From positions 21,703-85,702 of the forward strand of contig OY843583.1 in assembly GCA_963692905.1 (NCBI GenBank): DNA of 64,000 nt, given 5' to 3'. The notes beneath the pieces are model-generated. The model was not told the DNA's origin, searched no databases, and saw only the letters and a list, made by a program, of their open reading frames with translations. Below are positions 1 to 10,215 of this stretch, piece by piece. This stretch comes from Spirochaetia bacterium. Lineage in GTDB: Bacteria; Spirochaetota; Spirochaetia; G963692905. The position numbers and the translations under genes were made by a program. Position 1 is the first letter of the stretch. Each line of letters begins with the position of its first letter.

Positions 1-708
1 CAATATCTTTTCAAAGATGCCCATCTCTTGGAATTGGCAGAGAAGGGAGATCGCGAGATGGTGGAGCAACTGTTGCCTATTTTAGCCAATTTACAGAAAA
101 TTGAACCGGCAGTAATTATTGAGGCGCGCAAGATAATATCGATTCGTTTTTCTGATATGGAGATTGCCGAACTTCTCCCCCGTAAGAGACAATCCTCCAA
201 CGACGCAACCGACCATACCTTCCGAACCATATTATCTAGCTATATTAGTAAGCAGCGGGAACTACAGCATATTCACGATGTGAAGGTGCCAGAAAACTCT
301 AGAGAAATTCAGCGGGCGCGAGAAATGGGTGATCTCAGAGAAAATGCCGAATATAAGAGCGCTAAAGAGCGCCAACAGCTACTGAATGCCACTGCGGCCC
401 GTCTAGAGCGAGAGATTACTCGCGCGGTGGTAACCGAAAAAGAGAGTATTAATACTAACAAAGTGGGCTTTGGTACGCAAGTATTGTTGAAAGATATCAC
501 CAATAGTCAACCGGAAGACTACACGCTGCTAGGCCCATGGGAATCTGATCCCGATAATCTGATAATATCCTATCAGTCACCGCTAGGTAAAGAGCTGCTT
601 AACCATACAGTAGGCGATGCCATTAAATTCCAGCGCCATGGAGAGTGGCATTCCTACCTTATTGAAAAAATTGAATTGGCGCCCCAGTTCGCTGTAAAAG
701 CGAACTAG
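1..708 (+). CDS. greA: Transcription elongation factor GreA, C-terminal part. The reading frame is open from base 1, so the gene continues upstream of the window, consistent with the long spirochete-type GreA.
   Basis: GreA C-terminal signature MGDLRENAEYKSAKERQ, with an FKBP-like C-terminal domain. The frame-1 ORF reaches the window edge without an upstream stop. Confidence 0.75.
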   Translation, partial: QYLFKDAHLLELAEKGDREMVEQLLPILANLQKIEPAVIIEARKIISIRFSDMEIAELLPRKRQSSNDATDHTFRTILSSYISKQRELQHIHDVKVPENSREIQRAREMGDLRENAEYKSAKERQQLLNATAARLEREITRAVVTEKESINTNKVGFGTQVLLKDITNSQPEDYTLLGPWESDPDNLIISYQSPLGKELLNHTVGDAIKFQRHGEWHSYLIEKIELAPQFAVKAN

Positions 709-2079
709 CTATTCAGAACTTAACCAACGATTTCGCACTAGAGCGGCGCGTCTTTGTATCTCTCTATCGCCATTCTCCTCTTGCAACTTGGCGACATGCG
801 ATTCCAACTCTCGCAGATTATTACGCCCTATGCCCTGCAGAGCATAGAGCAGCACCTCTCGCGAATTGCTCTCTAAAAGAGTGCGGTATAACTCAGCGGC
901 CTGTGGCGCATCTAGACTGCCCAATGCCTGGGCCAGCGCCAAGAGTAACGTAGAGCGCCTATAGGAGATGTGCTTGTGAAGCAGCGCTAGAAGCTGGGAT
1001 CTGCTGGCTGCATAATCTTTGCTAACCAGTAGCTCTACTACCTGCGCCCGTTGGGCAATGGTTATATTGGGCCTTTCTAGAAGTTGACGCAAAAAATGGA
1101 ATGAACTCTCTCTGCCATTATCTGCTAGGAAGGCAATAGCCTCTCGGCGCACTCGAAAATCGGGATCATATTCCGCCTTATACTGTACAGCCTTATATAG
1201 CGAATCTTCCAACTGACGGCCCTCTAGCGCTTCCAATGCCTTGCTCCGCACCTGCCAATGCGAGTCGCGAAGCGCCTCATTGAGGATGGCATTAATCTTA
1301 CTCATTGAGTAGTTACCTAGCGCCTCTATTACTTGGGCGCGCAAGGTAGCATTGGGATCATTGAGATATGCCTTAAGCTGCGCCACTGAAGATGGCTGCT
1401 GCAATTTGCCCAAAGAGGTAGCTGCATAGCGGCGCAGATAGATTGGTTCAGATATATCATCTAATATTGCTGAGAGAGACTCTTGTGCCGCGCTGTAACC
1501 AATTTCCCCTACCGCTAGAATGGCGCCACCTCGCACATCATCAGGCTTATCGCTGTCGGTAATAATCTCAGTGAGATAGGCTCCCTCGACAACAGTGCCA
1601 TGCACAGCAAGCACATCCAGTGCGCTACGCGCCACTACCACCCTATCGCTCTGCCCCACAATCGGCATCTGCATACGTAGCGGTGGGGAGAGCTCTGGAC
1701 TAGCCTTAAGATAGCTGAGCAACTCCAGAATTAACTTTTCATTATGATCATCATGCTCTTTAAGTAATTCCAAGACTCGCGCTTCTATGCTAAATATCTG
1801 TAGCTCTCGAAAAAAACGAATGGCCGCCTCTAGCAGCTTACTGTTATTGGAATTATTAACTATCTCTTGGAGATCGGCAGAGAACTCGGTTATCCGTTGC
1901 TCAATAAGCAGCGGCAAAATATCAACCACCTCTGAATCTGTTCCATACTTAATGGTTAAACGCAGACGCTCAATCTGTGATTTGATAGCTTCTTCCGAAG
2001 AGCTTGCCTCTTCTTGAGCAATAACCGCTAGGGGCACAGTAGAGATACAGAAAAAAGAGATCCCGAGGACTAGGAGCAT
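709..2079 (-). CDS. Secreted HEAT/PBS-lyase-like repeat protein.
   Basis: Repeated motifs VRSKALEALEG, VRREAIAFLAD and LRAQVIEALG are typical of HEAT repeats. A signal peptide begins at the internal Met (MLLVLGISFFCISTVPLAVIAQ). The ORF-track start at 2235 is probably too long. Confidence 0.5.
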   Translation of the reverse strand: MLLVLGISFFCISTVPLAVIAQEEASSSEEAIKSQIERLRLTIKYGTDSEVVDILPLLIEQRITEFSADLQEIVNNSNNSKLLEAAIRFFRELQIFSIEARVLELLKEHDDHNEKLILELLSYLKASPELSPPLRMQMPIVGQSDRVVVARSALDVLAVHGTVVEGAYLTEIITDSDKPDDVRGGAILAVGEIGYSAAQESLSAILDDISEPIYLRRYAATSLGKLQQPSSVAQLKAYLNDPNATLRAQVIEALGNYSMSKINAILNEALRDSHWQVRSKALEALEGRQLEDSLYKAVQYKAEYDPDFRVRREAIAFLADNGRESSFHFLRQLLERPNITIAQRAQVVELLVSKDYAASRSQLLALLHKHISYRRSTLLLALAQALGSLDAPQAAELYRTLLESNSREVLLYALQGIGRNNLRELESHVAKLQEENGDREIQRRAALVRNRWLSSE

Positions 2080-2099
2080 CCTTACCACATTGATATCTC

Positions 2100-3659
2100 T
2101 TATCGGCGCCGCAATAGGCGATGAATAGCAGGTTGTACTTGAAACCACCGGTAACATAGTAGTGTACTGCAAATATATAAGATAGTAAATAGTCCCAGTA
2201 GTAGTGTGTTGCGAGGAGTGCCTCCTTCCAACCACTGATTACCAAAGCGGAGCGCATATACAATAAGTAGCGAAGTGGGCAGAAGTAATGCCATTGCCAC
2301 GCGGAACAATCGGCGGGCCAGCAAAAGATAACGTGGGGGATAGTGAGGAATATGCTCTCGAATGCCGATCAACAGATAGATAAGGCCGCTGCTAAATGCA
2401 ATACTATTGGCATAGGCCAACCCCACAACCCGTAGGGCAGTTTCCTTGAGCCATAGTGAAAGCGCTATATCAATTATGAATACTATCAGCGCTGCATAAA
2501 TTGGCCTTCTATAATTATAGCATGAGTAATAAAAGCGCTGTACAAAATAATAGATAATAGTTGGCAGCAGGGCGCAACTGTAGGCAAAGAGCATACGGGA
2601 GGTCAACAGGGTATTGTGAGCTGTGAAAGCGCCTCGCTGAAGAGCGACGCCAATTATTGCGCGCGGCAGAATAAGCAGATAGATTGTGGCGGGTAGCACG
2701 GTCACTATCAGATAGGAGATGCCATATTCCAGCGTATCTCTCAATGCCTGCTGATTGCCAATAGCGCGTTGGTTGCTCATTCTAGGATAGAGCACCGTCA
2801 ACACCGATATTCCCAATAATCCAAAGGGAAGATGCCAGAAAGTAAGCGCATTAATCATCGCTGAAGCGCTTCCCTCCTCTAATCCGCTGGCAAAGTAGCT
2901 GGCGATCTGCTGATTAATGGAGAAAAGCGCGGCACTTATCGTTACTGGACCCCAAGAGCGCATTACCTTACGAAAAAGCGGGTCACGAAAAGAGAAGCGA
3001 GGCAGTATCCCGTAACCCAGCTTTATGAGATGCGGTAGCTGCACCACTACCTGAATAGACCCACCCAACAATACTCCTACCGATACGGCATAGATACCCA
3101 GCCGTCTATGCAGTAGTAAAATGGCGCTAATAACCGTTATCGAGAAGAGAATGGGAGCCATAGCCGGTACAATAAAACATCTATGGCTATGCAACACTGC
3201 CATAATTACCGCAGCTATGCTAATGGGGAAAATATGCCAAACAAGTATCTTGAAAAGATTATCAGCTATCTCGGTTAACTCGGCAGTGGGAAAATCAAAA
3301 AGTGCGCCGGTTATCTCTTGAGAGAAGATAACACTAATAGTGAGAAGCGGTAGAAAGATGAGCCATTGGAGACCAAAAAGACGCTTCAATAATAGGCGTG
3401 TCTCAGTAGTGGCCCACCTGTGATTTAGTAACGTTGAGGAAAAGACCGGCAAAAAGGCCGATGAGAGCGCTCCCTCTGCCAGCAGGCGACGGAGGTTATT
3501 GGGTATTTGAAATACCAGATGGAGCACATCGGCCGCGCCCTCAGCACCATAGAATCTACCAATTACCGCTATCCGTACAAATCCCATAATCCGCGAGAGC
3601 GCGGTGCAGAGCATCACCCCTAAGATAGAGCGTGAGGTGACAGATGGATGATTACTCAT
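2100..3659 (-). CDS. murJ: Lipid II flippase MurJ (MviN).
   Basis: N-terminal motif SRIMGFVRIAVIGRFYGAEG and a polytopic membrane profile. The start was trimmed to the internal Met, since the ORF-track start at 3905 overlaps tgt. Confidence 0.8.
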   Translation of the reverse strand: MSNHPSVTSRSILGVMLCTALSRIMGFVRIAVIGRFYGAEGAADVLHLVFQIPNNLRRLLAEGALSSAFLPVFSSTLLNHRWATTETRLLLKRLFGLQWLIFLPLLTISVIFSQEITGALFDFPTAELTEIADNLFKILVWHIFPISIAAVIMAVLHSHRCFIVPAMAPILFSITVISAILLLHRRLGIYAVSVGVLLGGSIQVVVQLPHLIKLGYGILPRFSFRDPLFRKVMRSWGPVTISAALFSINQQIASYFASGLEEGSASAMINALTFWHLPFGLLGISVLTVLYPRMSNQRAIGNQQALRDTLEYGISYLIVTVLPATIYLLILPRAIIGVALQRGAFTAHNTLLTSRMLFAYSCALLPTIIYYFVQRFYYSCYNYRRPIYAALIVFIIDIALSLWLKETALRVVGLAYANSIAFSSGLIYLLIGIREHIPHYPPRYLLLARRLFRVAMALLLPTSLLIVYALRFGNQWLEGGTPRNTLLLGLFTILYICSTLLCYRWFQVQPAIHRLLRRR

Positions 3660-4788
3660 GGCTATTGGTGCGCCACTGCTGGAGAAAATTGGCGGCGAAA
3701 CTCTGGAATTCACCATTGTGGATGGCCTGGCGAAGCTGCAGCATAAACTGCTGGTAAAAATAGAGATTATGATAGGTGAGTAGCATAGGCGCCAACATCT
3801 CTCGACATTTAAAGAGATGTCGCAGGTAGGCGCGAGAGTAATTTGCGCATACCTTACAGGTACAACGGCTATCAAGAGATTGATTGGCGCGGCGATGCGC
3901 AGCATGTTTAAGATTAAACATGCCCTGACTGGTACAAGCTACACCATTGCGGGCCACCCTAGTAGGATAGACGCAGTCAAAAATATCAATGCCTTGGCTC
4001 ACCGCCTCTAGGATATAATCGGGAGTGCCTATCCCCATCACATAACGCAATTTATCTGTGGGAAGCAGAGGAGCAGTATGCGCTAGTATTTCATAAAAAC
4101 TGCTCGGTGACTCCCCTACTGAAAGCCCGCCTATGGCATAGCCGGCCAAATCCAGCTCCACCGTGTGCTGTGCGCTGACAGTACGCAATTCCGGATAGAG
4201 GTTTCCTTGAATAATCCCAAAGAGCTGGCCATGATATTCCGAGCTCTCTGAGTACCTCTCTCTCTGATGGTTGCGACTGGTCCGTAGCCAATTGACAGAA
4301 CGCCATACTGCCGCCTCCGCCTCTTGATATTCAATACCGGGAGGAGTGCATTGATCCAAGGGCATAATAATATCACTTCCCAGCGCCTGTTGAATATCAA
4401 TAATCTGCTGAGGGGTAAAATAATGCTTACTTCCATCAATGGGCGAGCGTATGCATACTCCCTCCTCATATATGGTGGTAAGCTGTGCAAGTGAGAATAT
4501 TTGGTAGCCGCCCGAATCGGTTAGGATATTCTGCTCCCAGTTCATAAAACTATGCAGGCCACCTAACTCTTGAATAGTACGGTGTCCAGGTTGCAGATAG
4601 AGATGGAAACTGTTGGCCAGCAGCATCTCGTAGCCTAGCTTATGGAGCTCATGGCTCTCTAGGCCGCGAATACTAGCACGAGTAGCAACCGGTATAAAGG
4701 CTGGCGTATGGAGTGGACCGTGTGCTAAGGTTACCATAGTGGTCCGGGCATCACTCTCTTTGTCATTTGCGGTGATGGTGATCTGCAT
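3652..4788 (-). CDS. tgt: Queuine tRNA-ribosyltransferase.
   Basis: TAHGPLHTPAFIPVAT N-terminus and the zinc site CTCKVCANYSRAYLRHL. The LTDSGGYQ motif is present. Confidence 0.85.
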   Translation of the reverse strand: MQITITANDKESDARTTMVTLAHGPLHTPAFIPVATRASIRGLESHELHKLGYEMLLANSFHLYLQPGHRTIQELGGLHSFMNWEQNILTDSGGYQIFSLAQLTTIYEEGVCIRSPIDGSKHYFTPQQIIDIQQALGSDIIMPLDQCTPPGIEYQEAEAAVWRSVNWLRTSRNHQRERYSESSEYHGQLFGIIQGNLYPELRTVSAQHTVELDLAGYAIGGLSVGESPSSFYEILAHTAPLLPTDKLRYVMGIGTPDYILEAVSQGIDIFDCVYPTRVARNGVACTSQGMFNLKHAAHRRANQSLDSRCTCKVCANYSRAYLRHLFKCREMLAPMLLTYHNLYFYQQFMLQLRQAIHNGEFQSFAANFLQQWRTNSHE

Positions 4789-4811
4789 CACCCTACCCGC
4801 CGGAGAGTGGC

Positions 4812-5894
4812 TTAAGTTTTGGCATAACGGATCAATACCACAGTACCAGTAACAGTAAAGAGTACCACCGGAAACCAAGCGGCCACAATGGGAGCTAAGA
4901 TAAAATTATAGGCTAGTAGCTCGGTCACTAGCCCAACAACATAATAGACAACCGCCGAACAAAGCGCCATTACCATACTTAGAATGAGGGTGTTGCGACG
5001 TAATAGCGCCCCTATGCCACAGGAAATAATTGCCAACACCAATGGCGTAGTAGAGAAGGCATAACGAGAATAATATTGAGTAAGTACCTCTCGATAGGGC
5101 AAGCCGCTTCTCTGTAACTGAGCAATATGCTCGCGAACTTCGCGCAGGGTAAGCTCATCTACATCCCGTATCGCGCTGGCAAAGATGGAGGGAGACGTGT
5201 TGAAATTTGGAGCATCAGCTGCGGGATATCGCTGATATTCAACCTGGCCATTCGCTCCCCAAGTATAGCTAGTTACCTCAAAGAGTCTCCAATAGCTCTC
5301 CTCTTGCCAGACAGCCGATCGCGCATCGATACGCCGAACAATCTCTCCCTGTCTATTGCGTTCAATAATTATAAGATTTTCTAGTGATTGCCCTTGAGCA
5401 TTAAAAAACTCAGCATAGTAAATATCAATGCCATCCTCACCAAATACTGCAATGTTGCTGTTATCTGCGCTGCTATTAATAAGCAGTGCACTCTCTTTGA
5501 GTTGTTGATAATTTCGTTGAGATTGCACTACCACCCGATCCTCAAATATTAATGCTGCTATTGATAGAAGCAGCGCAAAAAATACAATTGGCGTGCAAAA
5601 GCTCGCTAGTGATCTACCAATCCCGAATACCGCCTGTAACTCATTGTTGCCATGCATGTTCCCTATACTAAAGGAGATCGAAAAAAGTATGGCAATCGGT
5701 AGCGCATAGAGAAGCGTGCGCGGAAGCGCATAGAGCAGTATTCTTCCTACATCAGCAATAGGAACATCTAACTCAATATAGCTGATAAGATTAATCACTA
5801 TCTCAATAATCTCCAGTATAAGCACAAAAAAGAGCACCGATATTAAGAAAATAGGTATAATCTGACGGAGCGAATAGCGAGAGATAATGCTCAT
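4812..5894 (-). CDS. LptF/LptG family permease (YjgP/YjgQ).
   Basis: N-terminus MSIISRYSLRQIIPIFLISVLFFVL and a topology of six TM segments with a large periplasmic loop. It is adjacent to a paralog, as in the lptF-lptG pair. Confidence 0.7.
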   Translation of the reverse strand: MSIISRYSLRQIIPIFLISVLFFVLILEIIEIVINLISYIELDVPIADVGRILLYALPRTLLYALPIAILFSISFSIGNMHGNNELQAVFGIGRSLASFCTPIVFFALLLSIAALIFEDRVVVQSQRNYQQLKESALLINSSADNSNIAVFGEDGIDIYYAEFFNAQGQSLENLIIIERNRQGEIVRRIDARSAVWQEESYWRLFEVTSYTWGANGQVEYQRYPAADAPNFNTSPSIFASAIRDVDELTLREVREHIAQLQRSGLPYREVLTQYYSRYAFSTTPLVLAIISCGIGALLRRNTLILSMVMALCSAVVYYVVGLVTELLAYNFILAPIVAAWFPVVLFTVTGTVVLIRYAKT

Positions 5895-7201
5895 TGATTG
5901 CGTAACCGTAGCATACAGATAACAATTCCTAGCATGCCCAAAACTACATTAGGGGTCCACATTACCACTAGTGCCGACAGACTTCTCTCTTGAAAAATGT
6001 ATGCCTGCCCCCCAATAAGCAAAACCCAGTAAAGTACTGATGCGGCAAGTCCTATACCAAAGCCCATACCCCAGTTGGAGCGGCGCAGTCGGATTCCCAC
6101 CGGAAAGGCAAAGAGGGTAAGAAAAAAGCAGGCTACCGGCAGTGAGAATTTGCGATAATATTCAGTCTCGTACACCAGATATTCGCTATCGGTTGTATCC
6201 TCTTGGAGGATGGTGTTTAGGCTATTTAACTGCTGTGCTACCTGACTTTCGGATGGATTAATCTGCACCCCCAGCTGGATTTGGCTGGCAAGCGCTTGAT
6301 AATAGTGTCCCAAGCGTACCTCGCTGAGCGCAACACTCCGTTGATGATTATATTCAAGCATCTGTACCTCTGGCTCTCTCTCTTGTAGGTAGCTTCGCAC
6401 CTCCTGTAATTGCAATTCTCGAGGGGTTAGGGGGCGCAGTGCCACATTAAGCCCCCGTAACAAAATATTATAGTCCATTCTTTCGGCAGTGAAATAATCA
6501 TAGTGTTCGGAAATATCTACAGGTCGGCTATGCCCACTCACATTATGGAGCGAAAGCGACAGCACTCCGCTCTCTAGATTGGCCAAAATAGTTGCATGTT
6601 CTGCAGAGACCACCCGACGAGTGCTCTCTTCGGTATTGGGTTCGATAATAAGCGGGCGTTCAATTCTATTGCCTTCAACCCTTCCGGTAACCACAATGTT
6701 GTCAAGATATTGACGAATACTGTAGGATTCTAGCTCTAGGGCCGGCGCTGAGAAGAGTATCTCCTGATAGAGGCGAACAAATCCTACCGCTGCTCGAGGC
6801 GCTAAATATTCGTTGGTTACAAATGAGGCGCCGGTAAATAGCATCCCCAATATTCCTATAGGGACATAGCAACGCACAACAGATATACCTAATGATTGAA
6901 TAGCCAGGAACTCAAGCTGCGAAGCATGACGTACTGCTGCAATAATAGTTGCTAACAGGGTAGAAAAGGGGAAGGTATAGGAAAGCACACTAGGTATAGT
7001 GAAAAGAATAAGAAGTAGTACATAACGAAAGGTTACACTCTTAGCCAGAATGTCCTCGGCCAGCAACAATATATTGTTCACCAGAAAAATAGCGAAGAAG
7101 AAGGCGAAGGAAACCCCGAACCATCGCAGGGTCTCTGCTACAAGAAAGCGATAGAGAATATTATATCGTCTTCGTCCTTTCACTCGCTGCTGAGTAGACA
7201 T
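5891..7201 (-). CDS. LptF/LptG family permease (YjgP/YjgQ).
   Basis: Contains ILYRFLVAETLRWFGVSFAFFFAIFLVNNILLLAEDIL. The start was trimmed to the Met of MSTQQRVKG. It overlaps the upstream paralog by 4 nt. Confidence 0.7.
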   Translation of the reverse strand: MSTQQRVKGRRRYNILYRFLVAETLRWFGVSFAFFFAIFLVNNILLLAEDILAKSVTFRYVLLLILFTIPSVLSYTFPFSTLLATIIAAVRHASQLEFLAIQSLGISVVRCYVPIGILGMLFTGASFVTNEYLAPRAAVGFVRLYQEILFSAPALELESYSIRQYLDNIVVTGRVEGNRIERPLIIEPNTEESTRRVVSAEHATILANLESGVLSLSLHNVSGHSRPVDISEHYDYFTAERMDYNILLRGLNVALRPLTPRELQLQEVRSYLQEREPEVQMLEYNHQRSVALSEVRLGHYYQALASQIQLGVQINPSESQVAQQLNSLNTILQEDTTDSEYLVYETEYYRKFSLPVACFFLTLFAFPVGIRLRRSNWGMGFGIGLAASVLYWVLLIGGQAYIFQERSLSALVVMWTPNVVLGMLGIVICMLRLRNQ

Positions 7202-7226
7202 CAAGATATCCCGGTCTCCGATTGTG

Positions 7227-7667
7227 CTACCTACCAGTAGATCCAAAACCACCGCTATCCCGTTGGGTAGCGCTAAGCTGATCGCGATATTGCCAAGCGA
7301 TGTCAGCCAGCGGGGTTATAATGAGCTGGGCAATGCGCTCTTGAGGATAGATAATCTGAATAGCATCGCCTATGTTGGTAAGAATAACCTGTATCTCTCC
7401 TCGATAATCGGCATCAATGGTTCCCGGCGAATTGGGAATGAGAATATGGTGTTTGGAAGCTAGACCGGAGCGGGGGCGTATTTGTCCCTCATAACCGCTA
7501 GGAATTTCGATGAACAGATCGGTAGGGAAGCGATAGTTCTGCTTAGGAAAAAGATAATAGCTATGCTGTAGAGAGGCGCAAAGATCTATTCCTGCCGATC
7601 CGCTAGTGGCCGCAACCGGAATGCGCACCTCGGAGTGCCTTCGTCGTATATAAGCAATCTCTTTCAC
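7227..7667 (-). CDS. dut: dUTP diphosphatase.
   Basis: dUTPase motifs AGIDL, RSGLASKH, GTIDADYRGE and a C-terminal GGFGSTG. Confidence 0.85.
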   Translation of the reverse strand: MKEIAYIRRRHSEVRIPVAATSGSAGIDLCASLQHSYYLFPKQNYRFPTDLFIEIPSGYEGQIRPRSGLASKHHILIPNSPGTIDADYRGEIQVILTNIGDAIQIIYPQERIAQLIITPLADIAWQYRDQLSATQRDSGGFGSTGR

Positions 7668-7712
7668 ATTGACGATGTAGAGCGCTTAGCCTTTGGCAAT
7701 AGCGATCAGCAG

Positions 7713-9893
7713 TTATCGGCGGTGGTGGCGCGGGGTACTTCGTGAACGCTCTCTCGAAGAGTGTGATCGATAATTAGAACGCGGCGCATATTCGGAATTG
7801 TGATTGGACTGTGAGGCCACCGGGTTACCCTGTTCATCTACCACGCAAAGATTAACTCGACCCAGTTTATCTATCTCTATAATTTTAACGGGTATCTCCT
7901 GATTTATCTGTAGCACATCGGAGACTGAGTTAATTCGTCGCTCTGCGATCTTAGAGATATGGCAAAGACCCTCTTTGCCAGGGAGAAATTCGATGAATGC
8001 ACCAAAATCTACTATTCTCTTTACCGTTCCTTGATATACCTTTCCTACCTCTGGCTCTTCAAGTAATTTCAAAAAGGCCTGCTGTGCCTCTTCGCCGCTC
8101 TTGCTATCTGAACTATAGATGGTAATGCTGCCATCATCATCTATATTGGTATTAACCGTGAAACGTTCATTAATAGACTTAATAGTCTTACCAGAGGGAC
8201 CAATCAATATACCCAAATTTTCGGGGTTAACGCGAAAGGTAACAATGCGGGGCGCATATTGCGAGAGTTTTTTCTCATAACTGGAAAGGGTTTTATTCAT
8301 CTCATTAAGCACATGCAAGCGTCCCACCCGTGCTTGCTCTAAAGCCTCCTGCATTATTTTAGAATCAATATTTTTAATCTTTATATCCATCTGAAAACCG
8401 GTGATACCTCGCTCGGTGCCAGCCACCTTAAAATCCATATCGCCTAGATGATCCTCAACACCCAAAATATCACTCAATATCACATACTGATTCTCCTCTT
8501 TAATAAGCCCCATCGCTATGCCGGCTACTGGTCGCTCTATAGGAACGCCCGCCTGCATCAGCGAGAGACTAGCGCCGCATACGGTAGCCATAGATGAGGA
8601 ACCATTCGACTCTAGTACCTCAGAGACCACCCGTATGGTGTAGGGAAATTGCTCCTTAATGGGAATAGAGGAGCGCAGAGAGCGGTTGGCCAATTCACCA
8701 TGCCCTATCTCTCTTCTTCCGGTAGCCAGACGGCCCGTCTCCCCTACCGAGAAGGGGGGAAAGTTGTAATGTAGCATAAAGCGCTCTCTTCTATCACCAG
8801 CTATATCATCAAGTATCTGCTCATCGTAGACGGTGCCTAAGGTAGTGCTCACTAGCGCTTGGGTCTCACCACGGGTAAAAAGCGCTGAACCATGGGCCCG
8901 TGGAAGAATTGCTACATCGCAACTAATATCGCGTATATGATCCGGAGCGCGTCCATCGCTACGCACCTTTTTGTTGAGAATAGATTCTCGTATTATCTGC
9001 TGCTCAATATCCTCTATGATCTCGCCTACATGATGCTGCTCCTCTTCCTCTATAGCATCAGAGAATTTTTCGGTAGCATCAATAGCAATCTGACGAATAG
9101 CGTTGGATCGATTGTGCTTACCCTTTACAAAGCAGGCCTGTTGCAGCCGGGGGCCACTATATTCTCGTAGCTCCTTCTCCCACGAGAGTTTCGCCTCCGG
9201 CTCTTCAATGGTAAACTTCTCTTTACCGCATAGCTTAACCAGCTCCATTTGTAGCCGGCAAAGTTCAGCAATAGGCTGTTCGGCCTGCTTAAGCGCTCCC
9301 AATAATATCTCTTCGCTAATCTCTTTCGCGCCACCCTCTACCATGATAATTCCTCCCTCTGTGCCAGCTACCACAATATCCAGTGTAGCCTGCTCCATTT
9401 GAGGAATACTAGGATTGACAAGATATTTATCCTCTACATAGCAGATTCTTACCGCGCCCACCGGCCCTTCAAAGGGAACATCCGAGACCATCACCGCGGC
9501 CGATGAGGCATTGATGGCCAATGTGTCGGGAACAAAAGCTGGATCTGAGGAGAGAGTGGTGGGCACTATCTGAAGATCGCGCCGCAGGAATTTAGGAAAC
9601 AGAGGGCGCAACGGCCGATCAATAAGCCGCGAGATGAGAATCTCTCGATCCTTAGGGCGCGCCTCACGCTTAAGGAAGCCTCCGGGAATTTTTCCTGCTG
9701 CATAGTATTTTTCGTTATATTCCACCTGCAAGGGCAGGTAGTCAATATCGCTATTCTCCGGGGCGCAACAGGCTGTGGAAAGTACCGCAGTGCCCTCCAT
9801 TAGCGCCAGTACCGAACCGTTGGCTTGAGTAGCTAACTTCCCACTCTGGAAGGTTATAGTATGTTCACCAATAGTGCTCTTTACTTCATGCAT
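7713..9893 (-). CDS. pnp: Polynucleotide phosphorylase, with an unusual basic Ser/Arg/His-rich C-terminal tail.
   Basis: Two RNase PH domains, a KH domain and an S1 domain (GKVYQGTVKRIVDFGAFIEF). It lies downstream of rpsO, as in the conserved operon. Confidence 0.9.
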   Translation of the reverse strand: MHEVKSTIGEHTITFQSGKLATQANGSVLALMEGTAVLSTACCAPENSDIDYLPLQVEYNEKYYAAGKIPGGFLKREARPKDREILISRLIDRPLRPLFPKFLRRDLQIVPTTLSSDPAFVPDTLAINASSAAVMVSDVPFEGPVGAVRICYVEDKYLVNPSIPQMEQATLDIVVAGTEGGIIMVEGGAKEISEEILLGALKQAEQPIAELCRLQMELVKLCGKEKFTIEEPEAKLSWEKELREYSGPRLQQACFVKGKHNRSNAIRQIAIDATEKFSDAIEEEEQHHVGEIIEDIEQQIIRESILNKKVRSDGRAPDHIRDISCDVAILPRAHGSALFTRGETQALVSTTLGTVYDEQILDDIAGDRRERFMLHYNFPPFSVGETGRLATGRREIGHGELANRSLRSSIPIKEQFPYTIRVVSEVLESNGSSSMATVCGASLSLMQAGVPIERPVAGIAMGLIKEENQYVILSDILGVEDHLGDMDFKVAGTERGITGFQMDIKIKNIDSKIMQEALEQARVGRLHVLNEMNKTLSSYEKKLSQYAPRIVTFRVNPENLGILIGPSGKTIKSINERFTVNTNIDDDGSITIYSSDSKSGEEAQQAFLKLLEEPEVGKVYQGTVKRIVDFGAFIEFLPGKEGLCHISKIAERRINSVSDVLQINQEIPVKIIEIDKLGRVNLCVVDEQGNPVASQSNHNSEYAPRSNYRSHSSRERSRSTPRHHRR

Positions 9894-9915
9894 ACTTAAA
9901 TTATCCTTCTAAAAA

Positions 9916-10200
9916 TCACTTTTGAACGCGAGAGGTGCTGGAGGAGATAGGGCGTATTTTTAGCTCTTTTATTACTTTTTGAGCACGCTCGCGATCGTTA
10001 CGCATTAAATACTGTATTAATCGCCGACGCTTCCCAATAAGTTGCAAGAGTCCCCGTCGTGTAGAGAAATCCTTCCGATGCACCTTAAGATGACCAGTCA
10101 AATGATGAATACGCTCACTAAAAAGCGCAATTTGCGCGGCACTATTTCCACTATCTTTGACATCTTTCCCAAACTTCTCAATAATATTTTTCTTAAGCAT
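9916..10200 (-). CDS. rpsO: 30S ribosomal protein S15.
   Basis: S15 core LTGHLKVHRKDFSTRRGLLQLIGKRRRLIQYL. It lies immediately upstream of pnp. Confidence 0.85.
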   Translation of the reverse strand: MLKKNIIEKFGKDVKDSGNSAAQIALFSERIHHLTGHLKVHRKDFSTRRGLLQLIGKRRRLIQYLMRNDRERAQKVIKELKIRPISSSTSRVQK

Positions 10201-10215
10201 TAGCTTTCTTTATCT

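Noticed and set aside
2100-2263. Long N-terminal extensions in the ORF track for the murJ (601 aa) and HEAT-repeat (508 aa) ORFs, which would make the two genes overlap by about 135 nt.
   Set aside because: The first roughly 50-80 residues of each are low-complexity and lack homology. Internal Mets give the canonical MurJ N-terminus and a proper signal peptide, so the starts were trimmed.
8892-9402. Several ORFs of 69-99 aa inside and antisense to pnp (8892-9170+, 9103-9402+, 9125-9334-).
   Set aside because: They are fully embedded in the highly conserved PNPase reading frame and have no RBS. They are typical spurious ORFs. The same applies to ORFs embedded in murJ, tgt, alr, mnmE, ftsH, proB, valS and the mevalonate genes (for example 28552-28788, 28713-29114, 43016-43487, 48683-49046, 63231-63704).
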